Of a stretch of 64,000 nucleotides of DNA, positions 47,287 to 56,723 are shown one piece after another. Position 1 is the stretch's first letter. Each line of letters starts with the position of its first letter. Under the pieces are notes generated by a model, which worked only from the letters and a program-made list of their open reading frames with translations, did no database searches and was not told where the DNA came from. This DNA comes from Verrucomicrobiota bacterium. GTDB lineage: Bacteria; Verrucomicrobiota; Verrucomicrobiia; Opitutales; Cerasicoccaceae. Where the stretch lies: the NCBI GenBank assembly GCA_039818205.1, contig JBCBUK010000004.1:232302-296301 (forward strand). Direction: 5' to 3'. The position numbers were made by a program, and so were the translations under genes.

Positions 47287-48930
47287 ATGTTTTCACTGCG
47301 TTATCAATCAATTACTTCACGTTGGCTCGAGTCACTTGCCGGCATTCTTGCCCGGGTGACATGCGGCGTGACTCTGTTGAGCCTTCAACCATTGCTGGCG
47401 GAAAACTTGCCGATTGAGGAGCGGCAATTAGTCGTGGAGGGAAATCAAATTACGACGGCCCAGCTTTTTGGTGGCGAGCAGTTTTGGATCTACTTTCCAA
47501 AGTACGATTTTTCCCATGTAGTTGACGGATCCGGTTATGGGAAAACCCCGATTAGCCAAACGATTGAAAACTGGGTTGATGAGGGGACGGCTGCGGGAAA
47601 TGTGGGCGACGTCTATGAGAACCGGGACAATGGACACTCGCGACTGAATCTGAATCAATTCGGCGAGTTGGTTGCGGTGACCTATGCGGAGGATCTAAAA
47701 AAGCAGGGGATCGACTACGGAGCAAAGTTTCAATTTGCGCACCATCGACCAGCAATCATCAATGCATCGGTTGCGTTCAAGGGGCGCCCGTTTTCGCAGA
47801 GTATGCCGCGGGCCATGCTGCATAACCCGACGATCGGTCTCAAGTTATACCCGCTCTATCGTTTGAGTGATTTTTGTTTCTATCCCGAGCATCGCGATCA
47901 CGACAAAGTGCGCGGCGATATGTTTGCGGTAAACACGCCCTATGTGATCATCTCCCAAGGGTCTTCGGGATCGGATAAAGCGTTTATGGAAGCCGTGGCG
48001 CAGACCCTCGCCAGTTTCCATCCCGAGGTGAAAGAGAAACTGCACCAACGCGGCCTCCTTGCCCCGGCGGTGCAGATGATTATGCGATGGTGTAACGTCG
48101 GGATTGGCGATGCCCAACGTTATTTGTCGGGTCAGGCGCATCCGTCGGTTTTCAAAGCGGCAAATTTGCGTCCGGAGGCCATGATAGAGATGGCGCACGA
48201 TATAGCTCCAGACACCTTGCCACCCTTGGCCATGATCGAAATGGTTGAGGAGGAAGAAGCAGTCCTGGGCCGAGATTTCTTTGACCCCGGAGCAACCGAG
48301 AAACTATTGGATACGCCGTGCGCGATTGGGCGGGTTGCTCGAAATCTCGGCTACGAGAGACGCTTTGTGGTTTCGGCGGAAAAAAGCATGGATGCCAATG
48401 ACCTTCCGTTGACGTATCATTGGCAGGTGCTGCGGGGGGATGAGTCGTTGATTAGCATTCAGCCGTTAGATCCCAGTGGGAAACGCGCGGAAATAACGGT
48501 CGCTTACCAACGCGAAACATCAGTTCCCGGCAACGCTGAGTTGCGGAGCCAGCGGGTTGATATCGGAGTATTCGTGAACAACGGTACCTATTTCTCTCCG
48601 CCGTCTTTCATTTCGATCTGGTTTCCGCCTACCGACCGCCGTTTTTACAACGACCAAAAGCGACTGACCCACGTCGAGTACCAATCTCCGCTCACCAAGA
48701 ACGAGGAAACGGATGTCGCTCTCACATTTGCAAAGCCGTGGTCGGACTACTATCGCTACGATGATCAGGGTTCGCTGCTGGGGTGGGAGCGCCGATATGA
48801 GGATGGATCGCGGGTCGAGCAGTATGGGCCCGAAGGAATGCTCCAAGATTTGCAAACGGGCGATTGGCGCATTCCCCGGTACACGACCACCGTGAGCCGC
48901 AAACAGGTTCAGAACGTCACCGTGGAATAA
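47287..48930 (+). CDS. Conserved hypothetical, probably exported protein
   Basis: Long ORF with hydrophobic N-terminal segment; motifs GDVYENRDNGHS, YPEHRDHD, SQGSSGSD; start uncertain. Confidence 0.65.
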   Translation: MFSLRYQSITSRWLESLAGILARVTCGVTLLSLQPLLAENLPIEERQLVVEGNQITTAQLFGGEQFWIYFPKYDFSHVVDGSGYGKTPISQTIENWVDEGTAAGNVGDVYENRDNGHSRLNLNQFGELVAVTYAEDLKKQGIDYGAKFQFAHHRPAIINASVAFKGRPFSQSMPRAMLHNPTIGLKLYPLYRLSDFCFYPEHRDHDKVRGDMFAVNTPYVIISQGSSGSDKAFMEAVAQTLASFHPEVKEKLHQRGLLAPAVQMIMRWCNVGIGDAQRYLSGQAHPSVFKAANLRPEAMIEMAHDIAPDTLPPLAMIEMVEEEEAVLGRDFFDPGATEKLLDTPCAIGRVARNLGYERRFVVSAEKSMDANDLPLTYHWQVLRGDESLISIQPLDPSGKRAEITVAYQRETSVPGNAELRSQRVDIGVFVNNGTYFSPPSFISIWFPPTDRRFYNDQKRLTHVEYQSPLTKNEETDVALTFAKPWSDYYRYDDQGSLLGWERRYEDGSRVEQYGPEGMLQDLQTGDWRIPRYTTTVSRKQVQNVTVE

Positions 48931-48934
48931 TCCG

Positions 48935-49690
48935 ATGAATCCAGGTGGCTTGACATCCAGATCCTCCACGCTCGGCGAATGGGCCCAGCGCTTCTTAGAT
49001 CTGATATATCCGCGCGAGTGTTTGGTTACAGCCGAGCCGGTCGAGGATGATTCGCCGTGTCAGTTCCTCTCCAAAGAGGCGTTACGGCAGATTTACTACA
49101 TTCACGAGCCACATTGCCCAACGTGCGGTGCTCCGTTCTTTGGGGAGCTGCTGGCGTCTCGCGAGTGTCCGTTTTGCGTGGAGCTCAACCCCGCGTTTAG
49201 CCGCGGACGCTCCCTTTACCTGCTAAAAGACTCCGGACGAGAAATAATTCACGAAATAAAATACCGACGTGGACGTTATTTATTGCCCGACTTGCAGTGG
49301 ATCATCGCGCAGCATCCGCATTTCATCGAGTTTATTTCCGAGGCGTATTTGATTCCCATCCCGCTGCACCCGTCTCGCGAGCGCGAACGCGGATTCAATC
49401 AAAGCCGATTGATTGCCGATCAGATGGAGGCGGTTTCCGATTGCCAAGTCATTGACTGTCTGGAACGTGTGAAATTTACTCAGACTCAGACTCGTTTGGA
49501 TCGCGCCCAGCGAAAGGCCAATTTACGGGGTGCTTTTGCGTTGAAAAAGCGGACCAAATTGGATCCCGATGCCCGTTATGTGTTGGTCGACGATGTATTC
49601 ACCACCGGGTCGACTTTGAACTCCGCTGCACGGGTTCTCCTGCGCGCGGGGGCGAAAAGAGTTGATGCCGCAACGGTAGGGCATGGTTGA
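48935..49690 (+). CDS. comF: ComF family protein (zinc ribbon + PRTase fold)
   Basis: IPIPLH, RERERGFNQS, TQT, NLRGAF, LVDDVFTTGST. Confidence 0.9.
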   Translation: MNPGGLTSRSSTLGEWAQRFLDLIYPRECLVTAEPVEDDSPCQFLSKEALRQIYYIHEPHCPTCGAPFFGELLASRECPFCVELNPAFSRGRSLYLLKDSGREIIHEIKYRRGRYLLPDLQWIIAQHPHFIEFISEAYLIPIPLHPSRERERGFNQSRLIADQMEAVSDCQVIDCLERVKFTQTQTRLDRAQRKANLRGAFALKKRTKLDPDARYVLVDDVFTTGSTLNSAARVLLRAGAKRVDAATVGHG

Positions 49691-49749
49691 CGAACGCAAA
49701 TTTCGTGTCTATACATGCCCAGTTTACTAAGTATCAGATTTGAGTCATT

Positions 49750-50622
49750 ATGGCGATTTTTCGTAGACCACAGTATTCGACCGTTCGCGTTAAGAAGAAA
49801 GACATTCCAGCCGGCCTCTGGACCAAGTGCCCAGCCAGTGGCGAAATTGTGTACAACAAGGAGTTGGAAGAGAATTGGATGGTCGTCCCCAAAAGTGGGT
49901 ACCATTTTCCTCTCAAAGCCCGCCGTCGGGTCGATTTGTTGATCGATGACGGGACTTTTCAAGAGTTCGATTCGACCCTGACCAGTGTTGATCCGCTTGG
50001 ATTCGTCGACAATAAACCTTATCCTGCCCGCATTGAAGCCGCACAAAACAAGACTGGTGAAAATGACGCGGTGGTGAGTGGTGACGGTCTTCTCAACGGT
50101 GCTCCCGTCTCGATCGCAGTCATGGATTTTGCCTTTAATGGCGGAAGCATGGGCTGTGTTGTGGGCGAGAAAATTACCCGTGCGATTGAGCGGGCGACTG
50201 AAGCTCGCAAGCCGGTGATCATTGTATGTGCCTCCGGTGGTGCTCGCATGCAAGAAGGCATTCTCAGCCTGATGCAGCTGGCGAAGACCAGCGCAGCGCT
50301 GGCACGCCATAGCGAAGCGGGGCTGCCCTACGTGTCCGTTCTCACGAATCCAACCATGGCAGGCGTCATGGCGAGTTTTGCCTCCCTGGGAGATGTGATC
50401 ATTGCCGAGCCCAAAGCATTGATTGGATTTGCCGGGCCACGCGTGATTAAAGAGACGACTCAACAAGACTTGCCGCCAGGCTTCCAAACTGCTGAGTTCT
50501 TGCTCTCTCGCGGATTGGTCGACCAGATTGTCCCACGCTTGGAAATGAAGTCCCGCTTATCGGTCTTGTTGCGTGCCTTTGCTTCCAGCAGTGCGGCGAT
50601 GCAAAACGCTGAAGCGATCTAA
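49750..50622 (+). CDS. accD: Acetyl-CoA carboxylase carboxyltransferase beta subunit
   Basis: [43 protein letters not shown]. Confidence 0.96.
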   Translation: MAIFRRPQYSTVRVKKKDIPAGLWTKCPASGEIVYNKELEENWMVVPKSGYHFPLKARRRVDLLIDDGTFQEFDSTLTSVDPLGFVDNKPYPARIEAAQNKTGENDAVVSGDGLLNGAPVSIAVMDFAFNGGSMGCVVGEKITRAIERATEARKPVIIVCASGGARMQEGILSLMQLAKTSAALARHSEAGLPYVSVLTNPTMAGVMASFASLGDVIIAEPKALIGFAGPRVIKETTQQDLPPGFQTAEFLLSRGLVDQIVPRLEMKSRLSVLLRAFASSSAAMQNAEAI

Positions 50623-50624
50623 GC

Positions 50625-51560
50625 TTAGCCTGCGATTTCGATATCGATTCCGTCGGGGATGATAGACTTTCTAACCCCGGCGGGAATGTCCAAGCTGTCC
50701 GCAACAATCTCTAGGATCTGCGACTCGCCGCGGGTCAAAACGTGGTCGACAATAGCCAGGCGACCGAGGAGCAAGTAGAGGTCTACCCGCTCGTCGTAGG
50801 TGGACATCTCGGTGTAGCGCTGGCAGCAAATCGGAATCTGAGAGCGGGTGGCTTGTCGGCAAAGGGCGACGGTGATCACCACCTCAGCGTGTTCTTCTGC
50901 AAGCTTCCAATGGGATTCCAGATACTCAGTTATGCCTTCAAGTTCTTCTGGAAGCAAAATCTGATCGGCATAGACCACTAGGCTGATCAGGGCCATTTCC
51001 AGGCTTAGCTTCTCGGCATTGTTGGGAGTCAGGCCGATTGAGGCAAACCTGTCGCCAAAGCGCAGCTTGAGGCGAAAGAGAATGGGATTCGAATTATATT
51101 CGGAGAGGTAGACTTCGCGGCCTCGGTGGCTGACTTTCGCTGGAAAGGGGGTGCGGGTCAGTTTGTAGCGAACCTTCTTAATGAAATTGATTTGGTCCTC
51201 AACCAAGGCTTCTTTGATGTCCTGGAACGCCATCAATTTGTTGAGGTTCTTGCCGTCCGCAGGCATCAGACTCTCAAGCTGCAAAATCAGAGCTTTGTGT
51301 TCACGGCTATTCTTAAAACGCTGAGAGTATCGCCGGGCGAGGCGCCGCCGCTCCATGGGGTCGATCGGGTACTCATGGTAGAGGTTGAAGGACTGCTGGA
51401 GCCGATCGTTAAGGGTCAATGCGCCGGAGAGGTAGGTTTGGATTTTAAGAACATCGTCGTGCTCAAGCTTGCCACCCGCCCATGCCATGGCCAACATTAG
51501 CTTCGCAATTGCTAAGGGCTGGGGGTCATCCTGATTATTCAACGCGTTCTCTGTGCTCAT
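50625..51560 (-). CDS. TerB-like protein, apparently two TerB-like domains
   Basis: N-terminal LMLAMAWAGGKL and C-terminal LVVYADQILLPEE...LAIVDHVLTRGESQIL patterns. Confidence 0.6.
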   Translation of the reverse strand: MSTENALNNQDDPQPLAIAKLMLAMAWAGGKLEHDDVLKIQTYLSGALTLNDRLQQSFNLYHEYPIDPMERRRLARRYSQRFKNSREHKALILQLESLMPADGKNLNKLMAFQDIKEALVEDQINFIKKVRYKLTRTPFPAKVSHRGREVYLSEYNSNPILFRLKLRFGDRFASIGLTPNNAEKLSLEMALISLVVYADQILLPEELEGITEYLESHWKLAEEHAEVVITVALCRQATRSQIPICCQRYTEMSTYDERVDLYLLLGRLAIVDHVLTRGESQILEIVADSLDIPAGVRKSIIPDGIDIEIAG

Positions 51561-51733
51561 TATACTCTAGCACTCCTGCTTCTGTGTTGATAGCGGATAA
51601 TCAATCCGAAGTCAACGAGTCTCGGGTAGGTCCTAAATTAACCCCCATTAATATACCAAATTGGTTGTAGTCAAGCATAAGGCATATGGCCCTAGGGGCT
51701 TTCATTTGGGGTCAATTGATCAACGGGATCGAA

Positions 51734-52765
51734 TCAAACCCGCTTCAACGTGCACGAATGCGCCGCAAATCCTGCTCCAAAACTGGTCAACCACAGTGGT
51801 TCGGTTTGGTCCGGAATTTCTCGGAGGCGACTTTCTAAAGCGAAAAGCACAGATGGGCTGCTGAGGTTTCCAAATTGCTCAAGAATGCAGGTCGTTTCTG
51901 TTAAGTCTTTATCAGGCATATGCTTGCGGATTGAATTGATTACGTCGCGGCCACCCCCATGCGCGATAACGTCCATTGGTTCTGGTTGGCGATCATACAG
52001 GGTCTTGACGGCTTGTGCTGCGTGTTCGGGCACACTGACGTCGAGCTGGTTCTTTAGAAAACCTTCCTTGTTGGTGAAGCGCAGTGTCTCGCGTTTCTCC
52101 GGCAAGTGCAGCGTATCAAAATCGCCCACTTTCCAAGCTGCCCCATTGGTTGGTGGGCTTCCGGACCAGATACTGGCACTAGCGCCGTCTGCGAATAGAC
52201 AGAGCGAAACCAAAACGCCCGGATCATCATCGATGTAGAATGCCGCGGAGCAGAGCTCGATGGCGATGACAGCAATCTTGGCATCTGGTTGCATATTCGC
52301 TATTCCGGTAGCGCTGCGGATTGAGGGAATCGCGGCGCCACAGCCCAGGCCTACTAAGTCTTGGAGGTAGCAATTTGAAGGCAGGCCGAGCTGCTCAGCC
52401 ACATAGCTGGTCAACCCAGGGCAGAGATAACCAGTACAGGTGCAGACGACCAGGGCATCGAGCTGGTCTGCCTTCAACGCGGCTTGATCAAGTGCCTTCA
52501 TTAGGGCTTTTCCTGCCAGCTTTGGAGCGCTCTCCTGAAAGGCATTGTTCAACTCCTCGGCACTGCGGTTAAAGAGGCGACTGATGTCGGGGACGGCGAA
52601 GTGTCGCTTGGCGATTCCGTTTGGATTGGTCAGCAATCGTTCGAGCAAATAGGCTGAACGCGGTTTGAGCTGTTCAAGAATTCCGGATGACTTTGCGATA
52701 TCCCAGCATTCCGATTGAGTATAGGCGTCTTCTGGGACGTGATTGGTAAGTGCGTGTAAATACAT
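51734..52765 (-). CDS. Type III polyketide synthase (chalcone/stilbene synthase family)
   Basis: Cys-His-Asn triad: GLGCGA, AHGGG, GNLSSPSV; also TCTG, ELCS, LFADGA, FGAGF. Confidence 0.93.
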   Translation of the reverse strand: MYLHALTNHVPEDAYTQSECWDIAKSSGILEQLKPRSAYLLERLLTNPNGIAKRHFAVPDISRLFNRSAEELNNAFQESAPKLAGKALMKALDQAALKADQLDALVVCTCTGYLCPGLTSYVAEQLGLPSNCYLQDLVGLGCGAAIPSIRSATGIANMQPDAKIAVIAIELCSAAFYIDDDPGVLVSLCLFADGASASIWSGSPPTNGAAWKVGDFDTLHLPEKRETLRFTNKEGFLKNQLDVSVPEHAAQAVKTLYDRQPEPMDVIAHGGGRDVINSIRKHMPDKDLTETTCILEQFGNLSSPSVLFALESRLREIPDQTEPLWLTSFGAGFAAHSCTLKRV

Positions 52766-52786
52766 TAAATGAGATTTGCAGCCTCC

Positions 52787-53818
52787 TTAGTGAGTCAGTT
52801 GGTAGAGTAGCTTGAACGGGAGAAGATTTGATTTTGCGGCGCGGGCAAGCATGCGCTGTTTCCCGGTTTGCAGGATCCAGGGTTGGAGATGCCGTGCGAT
52901 TGAGCGGCGAGTGTTAAAGGTTTGCTTCAACGCCTTATTGACGGTCTGGCAGGCGCTTTCCCAGGAAGTCTTTCCCCGAGCATATTGACCAATTGGATCG
53001 ACGGCCAAATGAGCACTAATTAACGCCGATGCCATACCGTTGCCAGTGAAAGGAGCAATCAATCCTGACTGGTCGCCCAGGCGAATTTCTTGGCCGACCT
53101 GATCGAAGCTGGTTGGCGCATATGACAAACCAGCAACGCCTACGGCACTTTTGTCATCGGGATCTCCCGATGCGATTTGTTCGGCAAGATAAGTCAGGTT
53201 GCTGGCTTTGAGGTATTCGATGATTCGCTCGGGCTTTGGAACCGCTCGGGTCGAACGCTGCTTGAACAGACCACAAATATTGACCCGGCCTGATTCCACG
53301 ATGGATAGTCCAACGTAGGCCTGGTTGCCCAGGTGCAATTCGAGATCACTGGATAGCTTGAGATCTCGACAATGAATCTTCAGTCCAATCCAATCGCTGT
53401 CAGCTTTAACGCGACCTTGTGCTGCGACCCAACCCGACTCATCCCTTGGAGCGTTCACCCGTTGATGGCACTCCAAGGTGCCCCCGAGATCCACGAAGGT
53501 TTCTGCCATACGTTGATCAAGCCGGTAGCGCGATATCCCAATTGCCGTTCTAGGGAGTGGTTTTTGATAAACTTGGGCGCCCTCAAAAAACCAAGTTGAT
53601 TTGTTCAACTGCAGCGAGTCGGCCAAGCATTGGTCAATCCCCAGTGCGCGAATCTCAGATTGGGTGATCCCGGCAATGAACTCACCGCATACCCGGTGCC
53701 GCGGATAGCTGCCGGCTTCAAGAATGCTAACGGGCACCTGTTGCCGACGCAGGGCAATCCCGAGAGCGAGCCCAGCGAGCCCTCCGCCTACAATCGTAAT
53801 TGGGTTGGATGCGGTCAT
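52787..53818 (-). CDS. FAD-dependent oxidoreductase/monooxygenase
   Basis: IVGGGLAG, RHRVCGEF, ISRYRLD, GD..GLIAPFTGNGMASA; ATGA overlap with the upstream methyltransferase. Confidence 0.88.
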   Translation of the reverse strand: MTASNPITIVGGGLAGLALGIALRRQQVPVSILEAGSYPRHRVCGEFIAGITQSEIRALGIDQCLADSLQLNKSTWFFEGAQVYQKPLPRTAIGISRYRLDQRMAETFVDLGGTLECHQRVNAPRDESGWVAAQGRVKADSDWIGLKIHCRDLKLSSDLELHLGNQAYVGLSIVESGRVNICGLFKQRSTRAVPKPERIIEYLKASNLTYLAEQIASGDPDDKSAVGVAGLSYAPTSFDQVGQEIRLGDQSGLIAPFTGNGMASALISAHLAVDPIGQYARGKTSWESACQTVNKALKQTFNTRRSIARHLQPWILQTGKQRMLARAAKSNLLPFKLLYQLTH

Positions 53819-54477
53819 GAAGGGGAGGGGGCATCTCGAGTTGCCAGGAATCGATAGGATCCGAAAAAGGATGTCTCCACAGTGTATCGCCAAGACTCAT
53901 TGAGACCAAAAATCTGGGCGAGCTCATCGTTTTTAAAGCCGGCTCGAATACTTACATTGCCATCATGTCGGGAGACGTCGTTTACGATCGGGTAAAGGAA
54001 CTTAAAAAGCCATTCACTGCGCTTGCATCGTTCGGGCTCTTGTAGGGCGATGAGGCGAATTTGACTCTCATTGATGCGCTGCCCAAGCGTTTTCAATTGA
54101 ATGTTGTCAAACTGATGAATGATGAGGTTGCCAAAAAAAACGGACGTGGTGCCAAAGTCTTTGATGCTCATGCAATCGATTTGTTGCCAGGCAAACTGAG
54201 TGGGGAAATCGGCGGGTGGCGGCGACAGGTCAATGGCACGATAGTGGGTCGGCTGGCAAGGTGCGTAGCTGACTAGATCGTTGGCGATATCGCCGAAGCC
54301 AGCTCCGAATTCCATTATGTGGTCATTGTTAGCAATCTCAGGAAAGACCGTTTTTCGAAACCAATGTGGGTTTCTCATTAGATGGTTGATAAATCGGATA
54401 TCCCGTCGGTTACGCAGGGCGCGCGGGTCATCATGGTCGAGCGAATCCAATATCTCTGGCAGAACCTCACGTTGCAT
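53815..54477 (-). CDS. Class I SAM-dependent methyltransferase
   Basis: PEILD, IRFIN, MEFGAGFGD motif I, IHQF, RHDG..SIRAGF; start at ATG 54477. Confidence 0.82.
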   Translation of the reverse strand: MQREVLPEILDSLDHDDPRALRNRRDIRFINHLMRNPHWFRKTVFPEIANNDHIMEFGAGFGDIANDLVSYAPCQPTHYRAIDLSPPPADFPTQFAWQQIDCMSIKDFGTTSVFFGNLIIHQFDNIQLKTLGQRINESQIRLIALQEPERCKRSEWLFKFLYPIVNDVSRHDGNVSIRAGFKNDELAQIFGLNESWRYTVETSFFGSYRFLATRDAPSPS

Positions 54478-54648
54478 AAAATATATACGAAAAATTTGAA
54501 TGAATTTAGCAAGCTGAGTTAGTGACAATCATGATGCTTGGGGTGTATGGATGGTTGCTTATGAAGGATATGTTAAAGAGCTAACTGGGGGTTATCTGGG
54601 GTGTGAATGCGTTTGAATCGAGCAGTGAATAGGTATATTTTTCTTCTT

Positions 54649-55119
54649 ATGCATAAGGCCAAACAGTATCGCGCTGCTTTCACACTCGTTGAGATGATGG
54701 TTGTCGTGGTTGTTATTGGTATCCTCGCGGCAATGATTTTACCTGCATTTGTCCGCGTTCGTCAATCTGCACAGAATACACGTTTTATCAACGATGCGCG
54801 GCAGTTCGGAGCTGCCTTGGATATCTACATGACTGAAGTTGGCCTGGCTCCAGACGACTTTAGCTCGGGAGCTATCCTCTCCCCATTGGATGAGTATATT
54901 AAACCGAGTGATTTTTCTGGGACTTCGCCTATTGGTGGAGTTTGGGATATCGAAGGTGGGGACTCTGGTATTTGGTACGCCGCAGTCGGGGTGCACAACT
55001 TCACCATTGATGCTGACCAAGTGCAAAAAATTGACGATACCTATGATGACGGCAACCTGAGCACTGGACGAATCCAGGCTGATGGAGGCTCGCGTATATA
55101 TTGGATTGTTGAGGAATAG
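54649..55119 (+). CDS. Stand-alone type IV pilin/pseudopilin
   Basis: A|FTLVEMMVVVVVIGILAA; SPIGGVW; IDDTYDDGNLSTG. Confidence 0.85.
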   Translation: MHKAKQYRAAFTLVEMMVVVVVIGILAAMILPAFVRVRQSAQNTRFINDARQFGAALDIYMTEVGLAPDDFSSGAILSPLDEYIKPSDFSGTSPIGGVWDIEGGDSGIWYAAVGVHNFTIDADQVQKIDDTYDDGNLSTGRIQADGGSRIYWIVEE

Positions 55120-55145
55120 ATTTGATTCAATCCAAGATTAAAAAA

Positions 55146-56699
55146 TCACTGCGAAGAATCGTCAGATGCGCGGCCTCCGGATGACTTTGGCCGTTCATTC
55201 AGCAGGGCTTTCATTGTGATTTGGGCTGGATGGCTATCTGCAAACTCAAGCACGGTGTCAGCGTAGGCCTGTACCGCAGGATCGGCTTGTTCCAGTAGCA
55301 TGAGTGCTTCGTTATTTCCTTGGCTTTCCAGGCTGTATTTAAAGTCAGCTAATGAAACTCGGTCTAGTGGCCGCCCTGGTTGATAGCAGGGCGCGTCGTC
55401 ATCTCGATCAGTTTCGGTGTCAACCACGGTAAGCATGCCCATCTTCGTGAGTTGCCAAATCGTGTGATTCAAGATGTTGACGGGCACTCGAATGCGTTCG
55501 CTGAGCTCATCGGCAGTCAGCGGTTCTTCGCAGGCCTCGAAGCGTCGCCCGACAATTGCGAGGGTTGCCAACGCGAGGAGCTCTTGGGCTCGGCGGCTCG
55601 TGTTATTCCAGGCTCTGAGGTGAGTCAGGTGGTTAACGTTCTGAATTGAGTAGGTTAGTTGGCCGCCGAGGAGTAGGATGAGCCAGAAGATGAACAAACC
55701 GAGGAGGAGCACTGGCAGGATACCCACGGCGCCAAACAAGCTTTGCTGGCGAATCACGAAGCCGATGTAGAAGAAGCTTAGCGCCTGGTTTAGATAGAGC
55801 AGCAGTGTGACAACGAGCGAGCCCAAGAGAGCCGGCCCCCACCGAACTCGTATGTTCGGTATGAACCGATTGAAGATGGTTAGCAGGAGGAGGACGATTA
55901 TGAAGATAAACAAGGGGCTGAGGCTCAGTACCGAATCCCGGAACATCTCTCCGTGGGGAATGTTTTTGAAGGCTTCGGCAATCTTGCTGTAGATTCCGAT
56001 TGTTAAGACGGCAACGCCGAGCACCGCGCCCAAGGAAATGAACGTCCAATAAAAAACGAAGCGTTGGACATATTTTCGCCCGCGTAGGACTCCCCAGATT
56101 GCGTTGAAGTTTTTTTCAATCGTCGCCAGAAGCTGAACGCTGATGAGGATCAGAAGGATTGATCCGATGACTCCAAAAGTGCTCGACCGAGCGTTTTCGA
56201 CGAGGCCATCGATCACGGTTTCCAGTTCGCTTTTTATTTTCTCTTCGGAACCCGATTCCGAAGTGGCTTTTCCAGTGGTGCTGTGGAGTTGACTGTGCTC
56301 TTGAAGAATTTTTACTTCGCGTTCGCTTGCAGTCTCCGCTGATGGAGCCACGAAATAAACGGCGTTAGTCAATGCCTCCGCAATTCGATCTCGACCATCG
56401 TCGGGAAGGATGAAGCCGGAGACCATGATTACGATAGCAATGAATGGCCCGACGGCAACCAAGGTAAAATAACTCAGTGCGGCAGCTTGGCTCGGGATGC
56501 GGTTGTTTTCGACCCCATCCACCGTTAACGCAATAATGCGCAAGAGACCGAAAAAATAGGCCCGGACCGATTTATCGTTTACGTAGCTAACATCCCAAAT
56601 CTCTTCCCGAATTAACTCGGGAACGGCGACGAAGAAACTGACTAACTTACTCCACCAGGATTGTTTTTTTGTTGGAGAAGATTCGTCGTCCATGTCCAT
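55146..56699 (-). CDS. YihY/BrkB family inner-membrane protein with C-terminal winged helix
   Basis: AAALSYFTL, IEKNFNAIWGV, FNRFIPN, FGAVGILP..LL.LFIFW; Rrf2-like HTH in the C-terminus. Confidence 0.88.
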   Translation of the reverse strand: MDMDDESSPTKKQSWWSKLVSFFVAVPELIREEIWDVSYVNDKSVRAYFFGLLRIIALTVDGVENNRIPSQAAALSYFTLVAVGPFIAIVIMVSGFILPDDGRDRIAEALTNAVYFVAPSAETASEREVKILQEHSQLHSTTGKATSESGSEEKIKSELETVIDGLVENARSSTFGVIGSILLILISVQLLATIEKNFNAIWGVLRGRKYVQRFVFYWTFISLGAVLGVAVLTIGIYSKIAEAFKNIPHGEMFRDSVLSLSPLFIFIIVLLLLTIFNRFIPNIRVRWGPALLGSLVVTLLLYLNQALSFFYIGFVIRQQSLFGAVGILPVLLLGLFIFWLILLLGGQLTYSIQNVNHLTHLRAWNNTSRRAQELLALATLAIVGRRFEACEEPLTADELSERIRVPVNILNHTIWQLTKMGMLTVVDTETDRDDDAPCYQPGRPLDRVSLADFKYSLESQGNNEALMLLEQADPAVQAYADTVLEFADSHPAQITMKALLNERPKSSGGRASDDSSQ

Positions 56700-56723
56700 G
56701 CGGCTGTGAACCGCTTATGATGG

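Noticed and set aside
49576..50487. 303-aa - strand ORF over comF/accD
   Set aside because: Antisense shadow of accD
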